Below the pieces are notes generated by a model. That model had not been told where the DNA came from. It was given only the letters and a program-made list of their open reading frames with translations, and did not search any database. 36,991 nucleotides of DNA from Patescibacteria group bacterium (lineage in GTDB: Bacteria > Patescibacteriota > Minisyncoccia > UBA6257 > WO2-44-18). The position numbers and the translations under genes are program-made. Shown here in pieces: positions 23,677 through 30,770 of this stretch (its first letter is position 1; every line of letters starts with the position of its first letter). The stretch covers positions 1 to 36,991 of the forward strand of contig JBBTRE010000021.1 of the NCBI GenBank assembly GCA_038065375.1, given 5' to 3'.

Positions 23677-24222
23677 CTACAGCAGGCTGTGGACAACTGA
23701 AGAGAGGATGAAGATGCCCACAAAGTTCGCCAGGTACGATAATCCAATAAATACCGACGGCCGGACGCCGGAAGCCCCCATCAAGGCCAACCCCAACTCA
23801 TCCGGAAGCGGCGAAGCAATCACCAAAAATCCCGCGACTCCAAGCGCAAACCGAACCGGCGGAAGATGGGAGAATTTCCGTACTCGTGAAAGGTGGTAAT
23901 GCCTAAGAATCTCTTCCGCATCCGCCTCCTCTCTTCTCACCGCTATCATCAAAATCAAATCCCCTAAGCTCGCCGCGGCCGCGCCCAGCAATGCTACCAG
24001 CCATGGAGAACTGTGAGCTGATAATTCCGCCAACGCCACCGTGGCCGGAGCAATGGTCAGCGCGGAGGTGTAGAAAAATCCGGCGATCAAAATCCCTACC
24101 ACCTGAAATCCGGCCGATAAGTCTAAAATCCTATTAAAAACACCGAGGCGCGACAATAAAATTGCCGCGCCTATGCTTACTATCAGAACAAGGAGATGTT
24201 TGAGTAAGTGGTGCTTCTTCAA
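23677..24222 (-). CDS. Polytopic membrane protein (181 aa)
   Basis: Four or five hydrophobic segments. No family recognised. Confidence 0.55.
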   Translation of the reverse strand: MKKHHLLKHLLVLIVSIGAAILLSRLGVFNRILDLSAGFQVVGILIAGFFYTSALTIAPATVALAELSAHSSPWLVALLGAAAASLGDLILMIAVRREEADAEEILRHYHLSRVRKFSHLPPVRFALGVAGFLVIASPLPDELGLALMGASGVRPSVFIGLSYLANFVGIFILSSVVHSLL

Positions 24223-24226
24223 ATCT

Positions 24227-24421
24227 TTAGAGTGTTCCTAGGGCCGCCTCTACATCCGCAAATTCACCCTCCAAATTACCCAAGTCCACCCCATCCAAAT
24301 CCAGACTGATAGCGGCAGTGCTATCTTCCGGCAAAGCTCCCTTCTGGGCGGAACTCCAATACCAGGCCCCTAGGGCGATCAAGGCGGCTACGACTAACAA
24401 GAGAATCAAATTTTTTTTCAT
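24227..24421 (-). CDS. Small membrane-anchored acidic protein (64 aa)
   Basis: N-terminal MKKNLILLLVVAALIALGAWYW followed by an acidic tail. Confidence 0.45.
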   Translation of the reverse strand: MKKNLILLLVVAALIALGAWYWSSAQKGALPEDSTAAISLDLDGVDLGNLEGEFADVEAALGTL

Positions 24422-24440
24422 AGTGGTTTAATTAATTATT

Positions 24441-25424
24441 TTATTCCGAATCATCATCCACTCTTGGGATTTGAGCCAAGGTCGTTGCGGCTTTTCGGAC
24501 CGCTTCGTGAGCGGCTTTAACGATGTCATGCATCTTTTTTAGATCGGCCTTCAGGGCATCATGAGCGGCTTTTACCGCGGCCCGCAATTCAACTTCGGTC
24601 GTCACACTAATAGTATAGGTCTTGCCAGCTTGTACTTTCACTGCGGCATCGGCCGAAGCAATCGCGGCCTCAGCGGCATCAATTGCAGTTCGAGCGGCAA
24701 CCACATCCAAACCACGCTCCGCGGCTTTATCGGCGCGGCTGATAATTCTTTCAACAACTTTGCTTAACTTTTCCAAAACATTCAGAGCATGCTCGGTTTG
24801 GTTCTTATTAATCTCATCCAAACGTTGGTCCATCTTTTCCACGGTTTCTTTCTTTTTCTCATCTCGGATGGTCTTCAAGCGCTCTTTTAATTGAGCCCGC
24901 TTGGCCTCAATTTGAACCTTCATGGCTTCGCGCTTAGCATCAATTTCTTTGCGCAAATCTTCCCGTTTCGTTTTCAATTCCTCGGCAACAACCTCTCTCC
25001 TGGCTTTCAGATCATCTTGGAGGTCGGAGCGCAGCTCTTTCGCTCCCTCTCTAGCCACCTCCTTAATTATCCTGATCGGCGCGTACTGACGCTTTCCCGT
25101 TGCCTGTCCGGAAGCCGCGTCACGGGCAGTCTTGATGTCGTAAGTAGCCTTCAGCCTCAAAGCTTCTATCTCTTCTTTGGTCTGCGCTCGCTTTCCTGTC
25201 GCCTGACCGGAAGCCGCGTCACGGGCGGTCTTAGCCTCCAAAGCGGCCTTTTCCCGCAAAGCCTGCACTTGTCTCTCCAGATCCATCTTCAGATTCTGAA
25301 CGTCCGCTTTTACCTCCGCCTTTATACCGACGTTGGCAGTCGTGCCCATCTCTTCTCCACGAACTAAAGCCGGCGCAACGATCGCCGCCACCAAGCTGAA
25401 ACTGACAATTATTTTTTTAATCAT
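24441..25424 (-). CDS. Secreted coiled-coil protein with an internal repeat
   Basis: Signal peptide, then Ala/Lys/Glu-rich heptad-like sequence. K/TARDAASGQATGKR occurs twice. Confidence 0.55.
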   Translation of the reverse strand: MIKKIIVSFSLVAAIVAPALVRGEEMGTTANVGIKAEVKADVQNLKMDLERQVQALREKAALEAKTARDAASGQATGKRAQTKEEIEALRLKATYDIKTARDAASGQATGKRQYAPIRIIKEVAREGAKELRSDLQDDLKARREVVAEELKTKREDLRKEIDAKREAMKVQIEAKRAQLKERLKTIRDEKKKETVEKMDQRLDEINKNQTEHALNVLEKLSKVVERIISRADKAAERGLDVVAARTAIDAAEAAIASADAAVKVQAGKTYTISVTTEVELRAAVKAAHDALKADLKKMHDIVKAAHEAVRKAATTLAQIPRVDDDSE

Positions 25425-25551
25425 ATTTTTGTTTTTATTTTTACTGACCTTTTATAAATTCTATTATATCTCCCTTAGCGTCAGATGGGAAGCAGAAGCT
25501 TCTCCGGCTTGTTTTGCCGTAATCCATAATTCGTGCTTCATAATTCACGCT

Positions 25552-26322
25552 TTAGCGGATTTCGTAGGTAACGTTCACGCTTACCGTCACCTCCTGACTG
25601 CCCGGCTCAATAGTCGGCATCGGAGGCAGGGCCATGTCGCCACCCCGTCCAACGCTGGCTTCTTTGGCGTAGTAGATCGGACCTGGGTAACCACCACCGT
25701 ATTCGTTGAAGCTGACCACCTTCCTCAAGTGAACTCCATTATATTTCGCCATTGCTTCCGCTTTAGCGCGCGCTTTGGTGAAAGCTTCCTCGCGGGCCTC
25801 ATTGAGGAACTTGTCGGGATCGTCAATTGAGAAATTAACGCCACCCAACTGATTGATCCCCCGCGCCGGCAATCCGCCTAATATAGAAGCTACCTTGGAA
25901 AGATCTCGAATCTTCACGATAACAGTCTGGTGTAAGGTATAGCCGTCAATTGAGCTGACGCGGGTTTTTTCATCCCAGTGATAATTCGGGGAAAGATTGT
26001 AATCGGCAGTCTTAACATCTTTGGCTTCTACTCCCTGGGATTTCACGAACTCAATAGCGGTATTGATTTTCGTGTTGTTGTCTTCCTGAAGCTTCACCGG
26101 ATCTTTACCCTGCGAAACCACCGAGAACGATAAAGTAGCCAGATCGGGCGCAACTACTACTTTTCCTTCGGCAGAAACCGAAATCGTGCGGGCCGGATAA
26201 GCCGCGGCGCTATTTTTCCAAATTGCCTTCCCGGTGACCAGCAAAAACAACCCACCGATGACCAAAACGACGTTCAGGATAATCCAAAAATGATTTTTTA
26301 TCTGTTCTGATTTATTTGGCAT
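25552..26322 (-). CDS. SIMPL/DUF541-family periplasmic protein
   Basis: N-terminal TM helix and sequence features typical of 26-kDa periplasmic immunogenic protein homologs (from memory). Confidence 0.7.
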   Translation of the reverse strand: MPNKSEQIKNHFWIILNVVLVIGGLFLLVTGKAIWKNSAAAYPARTISVSAEGKVVVAPDLATLSFSVVSQGKDPVKLQEDNNTKINTAIEFVKSQGVEAKDVKTADYNLSPNYHWDEKTRVSSIDGYTLHQTVIVKIRDLSKVASILGGLPARGINQLGGVNFSIDDPDKFLNEAREEAFTKARAKAEAMAKYNGVHLRKVVSFNEYGGGYPGPIYYAKEASVGRGGDMALPPMPTIEPGSQEVTVSVNVTYEIR

Positions 26323-26380
26323 ACAATTTTTGTTTTATAGAGTTTCTAAAGTTTTTAAAGTTTTTGATAACCTCATGAAC

Positions 26381-27094
26381 TTAATACTTCGCGGCGATCT
26401 TAACAATTTGTTTTATCTCCTCGGCTTTGAGACTGGCTCCCCCGACAAGGGCGCCTTCAATTTCCGGATTTTTCAAAAAGATTTCGGCATTGTCTGATTT
26501 CACCGATCCTCCATAAATACAGCGGACTTTTACATTCAACCGGCCCGCCACCTCTTTGATTAACTTTACCATTTTCAGCATATTCTCCGGTGTGTCCGGG
26601 CTACCGGTTCCGATGGCCCAAATCGGTTCGTAAGCGACCACCACTTCCGATCCGGCTCCGGCGCGGGATAGGCCAATGCGGACCTCCTGCTCCACCACGG
26701 CCGCGGTCTGATTTTTATCGCGTTGCTGACGGGTTTCACCGACGCAAACCACCGGAATTAGACCATCTTTCAAAGCTATGGCCACTTTTTTCGCGACCAT
26801 CTCATCCGTCTCTCCTAAATTTAAACGACGTTCGGAGTGTCCGATTATTACATAACTAACTTTCAAGCTCTTCAGTTGAGCTCCGGAAACCTCCCCGGTA
26901 TAAGCGCCGGAGTCTTCCCAAAATAAATCCTGCGCTCCTAAATCAGCTTTTTTAATAATCGCTTCCACAAACTCCAGAAACGGAAACGGCGGGGCAATCA
27001 CCAATCCTTTCACGTCGCTTTCTTTGGCCAGCTTCTCCGCGTCTATTGGTGACGAGGGATTCAATTTCCAATTGGCAATAATAATTTTAGACAT
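26381..27094 (-). CDS. tpiA: Triosephosphate isomerase
   Basis: ANWKLN, IIGHSERR, AYEPIWAIGTG and YGGSV motifs. Confidence 0.92.
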   Translation of the reverse strand: MSKIIIANWKLNPSSPIDAEKLAKESDVKGLVIAPPFPFLEFVEAIIKKADLGAQDLFWEDSGAYTGEVSGAQLKSLKVSYVIIGHSERRLNLGETDEMVAKKVAIALKDGLIPVVCVGETRQQRDKNQTAAVVEQEVRIGLSRAGAGSEVVVAYEPIWAIGTGSPDTPENMLKMVKLIKEVAGRLNVKVRCIYGGSVKSDNAEIFLKNPEIEGALVGGASLKAEEIKQIVKIAAKY

Positions 27095-27120
27095 AAGCTA
27101 ATGTTAACAAAATTCTCGCC

Positions 27121-27161
27121 GAAAAAGAAAAACCCCCGCCACACTTTCGTGTTAGCGGGGG
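27121..27161 (-). terminator. Strong intrinsic terminator of the Ubl cassette
   Basis: CCCCCGC..ACAC-gaaa-GTGT..GCGGGGG (27133-27161) followed by TTTTTCTTTTT on the minus strand. Confidence 0.85.
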
Positions 27162-27169
27162 ATGTTTAG

Positions 27170-27412
27170 TTAACCCTTCGCGCCAGCCTGCTTCTTGAAT
27201 TCAACTTCCGAACCGGGAGGAACCACGTCACTTTCATCGTGCACGGCTCTTCCATTCACGAATACCAGCGCGTGATCATTGGTGATGTTCATCACCTCGC
27301 GATACTTCCGACGAAGTCCGCTGACCGTAATCGGACCTCCCGAATAGTTCACGCTTTCGGCGCCGGAAGACACTCTGATCGAACGGCCGTCACCAGAACT
27401 CTGGTCACCCAT
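27170..27412 (-). CDS. Ubiquitin-like (ThiS/MoaD-type beta-grasp) small protein ending in Gly
   Basis: 80 aa. ALVFVNGRAV...VVPPGSEVEF resembles the ThiS/MoaD C-terminal half. Last residue is G80 (..QAGAKG-stop). AAAGGAGAA SD lies within the end of the E1 gene. Confidence 0.6.
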   Translation of the reverse strand: MGDQSSGDGRSIRVSSGAESVNYSGGPITVSGLRRKYREVMNITNDHALVFVNGRAVHDESDVVPPGSEVEFKKQAGAKG

Positions 27413-27415
27413 TTC

Positions 27416-28123
27416 TTATTCTCCTTTCACTGAGGTTGAAAAAACTGCAGGTAGTGTAGCAGAGCGGGAGTTCCCTGTCAATATATCAAAGTAAATCTCG
27501 TGATGAGGCGTCTTGCCTTCCTGAAGCCAGATCGTATAGATGCTGACCATCACGGAGGCCGCCGCCAGATTGGCCGCCAACACCTGCGTCACTCCGGCTT
27601 CCACCAGCTCTCCGCAATGGAGATCGTTGGGATGTTTGTCGGTCGGAAATTCAATTTCCGGATGAGCGAAGGTAAGCGGCGGCGTGATATCTTTGCCGCC
27701 CTCTCGGCGATAGACCTGCGCGTTGCCGTCTCTGACTTCATTGCCTCCGGAGATCAACAGGGCGTTATCCAGAGTGGCCACCCGATCGGAAACAATCTTC
27801 CGGGTCGCGTGATTATCCACCCCCAGAAACACCGAGTCATTTTCCTTAATGAATAAAAAGGCATTTTCCGCGGTGATGTAGGTTGGCTTGAACTCAATCT
27901 CCAGGTTTGGGAAAAAATCCTTGAGCCGGACACAAGTCTCTTGCGCCTTGTTGGCCTGCTCCCGGAAGATTTGCCGTTCCCGGTTTCTCTCTTCATATTT
28001 ATCCCCGTCCACCATCAGAATTCTCCGTGATGCCCTGGGGCTTTTACTGGAAGAAGAAATCCGGCAGATGGGTTCGGCCAAGTAGGTGCCGATGCCACCC
28101 AATCCGATGATTACCGTTCTCAT
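27416..28123 (-). CDS. Minimal ThiF/MoeB/E1-like adenylyltransferase (235 aa)
   Basis: IIGLGGIGT Rossmann loop, MVDGD, NRERQ (E1 Arg/Gln motif), GVDNHATR. No rhodanese or UFD domain. TAATG overlap with the JAB gene. Confidence 0.7.
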   Translation of the reverse strand: MRTVIIGLGGIGTYLAEPICRISSSSKSPRASRRILMVDGDKYEERNRERQIFREQANKAQETCVRLKDFFPNLEIEFKPTYITAENAFLFIKENDSVFLGVDNHATRKIVSDRVATLDNALLISGGNEVRDGNAQVYRREGGKDITPPLTFAHPEIEFPTDKHPNDLHCGELVEAGVTQVLAANLAAASVMVSIYTIWLQEGKTPHHEIYFDILTGNSRSATLPAVFSTSVKGE

Positions 28124-29115
28124 TAGGTCCCACCTTCTCTGTAAACTTTCTTCTGAATCGGGATAACCGGCTTGCCCGCCGTGGCGGGCTTATCCGCCAC
28201 GGCGGGCTTTTTCGCCTGATTTTCTCTGTTCCACTTATCACGGAAGGCCAGCGCCCATTTGCGCGCTTCCTCCGAAGTCATATTTCTGACAACGCCCTCC
28301 GCGTCCTTAACTTCCCGAGTGACCACCCTGGAGAAAAAACTTCTAGTAGTCACTTGGACCAGCCAGGTCGGTGGAGGAGAGTAATCAACCGGAAGAAGTT
28401 CTTCTTCGCCTTCCAAAGTAAACATTCTGTCGGAAGAATCGCTCCTGCCCCAAGCGGACCCCTCCCTCATGGGCGCCTCCCGAGTGATCGCCTCGCCGAA
28501 AGTTCTCGGTTCGGCGCCTTCCCTCTTCAGGCCGCGCATTACGTCTTCAACCCGCAAAGGAAAGCGATATCCGTTGACCGCCGCTTCCACGCTGACGGAA
28601 ATCGGTCCGGTCCTGTTCCAGCGAGGGAAACTGCCGAAAGTCACGTGAATGCCATTCAGCGAAGCTTCATCGTGTAAATCCGTCCCGGAATGAAACGCGC
28701 TCAGCTTGCCATGCGAATGCATAGTGCCGACCATCACCCAACCGGGACCCAGATCCAGCTTAGGGAACTCGTAATCAATCTTGGCCGGGCTTACGGTCTG
28801 TTTCGGCGCCATCATAAAGAAACGCTTATCAGTTTCGTTTTGGTAAATCAGGACAATCGCCTCCGAATCGTGCTCCCGGCAAATCCAGGCAAAGAATCGG
28901 GCGGCCTTCAGCACCAAGCCTTTGGGAAAAGGCGGAAGATAGGATTCAAAATCCGGAGCTCCCTCTTCAAGAGTGCTGATGCGATCCACCGGCACTACGG
29001 CTTTCCAAAACGGCATCTGCTTATGAAGGAAGATGCCATTCGCCGCGATTTCGTAAAAAATCTCGTCCGGCGGCTTAGGATTCTTACCGTCGTTAATCCA
29101 GACGGGATACAACAT
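28123..29115 (-). CDS. JAB/MPN+ (JAMM) metalloprotease with N- and C-terminal extensions
   Basis: E85, then H133-S-H135-x7-S143-G-T-D146, a complete JAMM motif. 330 aa. Confidence 0.75.
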   Translation of the reverse strand: MLYPVWINDGKNPKPPDEIFYEIAANGIFLHKQMPFWKAVVPVDRISTLEEGAPDFESYLPPFPKGLVLKAARFFAWICREHDSEAIVLIYQNETDKRFFMMAPKQTVSPAKIDYEFPKLDLGPGWVMVGTMHSHGKLSAFHSGTDLHDEASLNGIHVTFGSFPRWNRTGPISVSVEAAVNGYRFPLRVEDVMRGLKREGAEPRTFGEAITREAPMREGSAWGRSDSSDRMFTLEGEEELLPVDYSPPPTWLVQVTTRSFFSRVVTREVKDAEGVVRNMTSEEARKWALAFRDKWNRENQAKKPAVADKPATAGKPVIPIQKKVYREGGT

Positions 29116-29125
29116 TTGGCAGCTC

Positions 29126-30493
29126 CTATTCTTTCTTTGATTGGGGTTGATCGTGTTTCATCAGGTCCTCCAGGTAAGTTTTGCTGACCGACTTGGCCAA
29201 GTTTCCGCAGGAATCCTTAAGACTAGTAGCTGTCTTACGCTTAGCCAGAGCAAAAGAATCTCCAACTTCGGCGCAAATCTTTTTCTTTTCGGTGGCTGAA
29301 ATGGTGAAATGATCGCTAAGGGAAAAAACCTGCTCTTCCAACTCTTCCCGGAGCTGGTCTACCTGCTTCTTTTTCACCGCCACCCACTCCTCCGCCGAGT
29401 TGTCCTGCAGGCGATCCTCGCGGTCATCTTTAATGATCGTCTCCATGGCGCGCCGCGCGAAACTCTGCAAATCGTAATCGCAGGGAAGCCAGTCCATCTC
29501 CACCATCTTTTCGGGATTGGAGGCCGAAAGCTTTTCCCACGACTCAACGGTTTCCAGTTCGGGATTACGCTTGCAGGCAATCTCGTAAAACTGGGTGAGG
29601 CCGTGCGCGATGAACTTACTGCCCCAGAACCATTCAAAAAGCTTGTTGAAGCAATCCGGGTCTTCCAGTTTAACGGGCGGCATATCGTTGTAGCCAAGGC
29701 AGAAATTATGCGGCCAATCGCCCCAGATATGCGGGAGGTTAGACCAACACAACTTGTCCTCGGCAGTTTTCAGCGGCGCCGAACGATAAAACATCCAGAA
29801 ACCGTGATGCGACCCTCTGCTACTGCGGAGGTACAGTTGACCATCCCGAAACAAAACCAGGAAGACCTGCCACGGAAAGGCAAGATGCCGATTACTATCC
29901 CAGATATTCACTACCCGCCGCTGAGGCGCGAACTCCACGCAATACATCTTGTACTGATGGTGAGAGGTCTGCGCTTCCCAGATAAAACGCGTCCCGGGCA
30001 AAAGCGGCCCGACGCACCGCATAACCGCGGCCTTCATGATTTCCTGAGTCTGCAGATACTTCTCCGCCCAGACTTTGCCGATTTCATCAAAACGCTTTTC
30101 CAGCGCTTCGCGAAAAACTCCGGCGCCACCGGCGGCAACTTTCTCCACAAACTTTTTACGGAATTCCTTCATCGCTTCACTGAAAAAAGTCTGAAAAAGA
30201 CCGTCGGTATTGACGCTAAAATCTTCAATCATCCGGTCGGCATCCGCGATCCAGTGTTGCAACGCCTCGTCGGCCTCCTTATCAATGGAGCGCGCCAGCG
30301 AAACATCCAACGGATCCGGGTCTTGCGCGATCTCCAGATGCTTTTTCTCTCCCCACCAGTGATCACGTTTCTTGGTCTTGAGATTCCAAATCTTTCCATC
30401 ACCGTCAATCAGCCGCTTACTTTCAAAAGGCAATCCGGTAATTTCCGCCGGTAGCTTTGTCGGCTTCGGCCCTTCGTTCTTCTTGTCAGCCAC
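29126..30493 (-). CDS. Large protein with a putative E2/UBC-like catalytic core
   Basis: GTG start 8 nt after GGAGA. A beta-rich core at residues about 180-245 is followed by NLPHIWGDWPHNFCLG. H255 to C265 matches the HPN-x7-C spacing of canonical E2s. The CDS call is firm; the E2 assignment is inference. Confidence 0.5.
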   Translation of the reverse strand: MADKKNEGPKPTKLPAEITGLPFESKRLIDGDGKIWNLKTKKRDHWWGEKKHLEIAQDPDPLDVSLARSIDKEADEALQHWIADADRMIEDFSVNTDGLFQTFFSEAMKEFRKKFVEKVAAGGAGVFREALEKRFDEIGKVWAEKYLQTQEIMKAAVMRCVGPLLPGTRFIWEAQTSHHQYKMYCVEFAPQRRVVNIWDSNRHLAFPWQVFLVLFRDGQLYLRSSRGSHHGFWMFYRSAPLKTAEDKLCWSNLPHIWGDWPHNFCLGYNDMPPVKLEDPDCFNKLFEWFWGSKFIAHGLTQFYEIACKRNPELETVESWEKLSASNPEKMVEMDWLPCDYDLQSFARRAMETIIKDDREDRLQDNSAEEWVAVKKKQVDQLREELEEQVFSLSDHFTISATEKKKICAEVGDSFALAKRKTATSLKDSCGNLAKSVSKTYLEDLMKHDQPQSKKE

Positions 30494-30543
30494 GTTTCTT
30501 ATCTCCTAGATAGTTTGCGAACTAGGTTTTCAAAGTACGCTAC

Positions 30544-30572
30544 ATCTTAAGGTTTTTCTCCAAAAAAGTCAA
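30544..30572 (-). promoter_or_regulatory. Sigma70-like promoter of the Ubl cassette
   Basis: On the minus strand: TTGACT, 17 nt spacer, TAAGAT. It lies 4 nt downstream of the tRNA 3' end. Confidence 0.6.
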
Positions 30573-30575
30573 GTG

Positions 30576-30651
30576 TTGCGGGGGCGGGATTTGAACCCGC
30601 GATCTTCAGGTTATGGGCCTGACGAGATAGACCGAGCTTCTCCACCCCGCT
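30576..30651 (-). tRNA. tRNA-Met (CAU), initiator-like
   Basis: Hand-folded cloverleaf nearly collinear with E. coli tRNA-fMet: 1:72 mismatch (A1/A72), A11:U24, A73, T-loop TTCAAAT. No encoded CCA. Confidence 0.85.
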
Positions 30652-30657
30652 GGCAAT

Positions 30658-30686
30658 ATCTTATCACGAAGATTTGAAATAATCAA
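30658..30686 (-). promoter_or_regulatory. Sigma70-like promoter of the initiator tRNA
   Basis: On the minus strand: TTGATT, 17 nt spacer, TAAGAT. The -10 ends 6 nt before tRNA position 1. Confidence 0.5.
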
Positions 30687-30770
30687 ATTGAAATTGCCCG
30701 GCCGGTGAGTTAGAGTTTGATTAGTTCCATTAAACTTATTTTGAGGCTCCAACTCGGAAAGGAGAGAGCT

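Noticed and set aside
23516-23677. 53-codon TTG-initiated basic ORF inside the 23459-23618 structured element, 3 nt after an AGGAGG
   Set aside because: - The SD-to-start spacing is too short.
- It is below the ORF-track cut-off.
- The frame runs through the predicted helix and the terminator-like hairpin.
- The listed minus-strand ORF 23496-23747 is likewise unsupported.
27170-28123. Reading the Ubl plus ThiF-like pair as a thiamine/molybdopterin/cysteine sulfur-carrier system
   Set aside because: - It is not excluded, but I judge it less likely.
- There is no ThiG/ThiH, MoaE, CysM or rhodanese partner.
- The carrier ends in KG rather than GG.
- An E2-like Cys protein and a JAB protease are co-transcribed.
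- It is kept as the stated alternative in the main finding.
29309-30454. 381-aa plus-strand ORF antisense to the E2-like gene
   Set aside because: - It is Arg/Leu/Pro/His-rich, a composition typical of antisense frames of a coding gene.
- It has no SD or promoter.
- The minus-strand frame has a proper SD and GTG, operon coupling and recognisable motifs.
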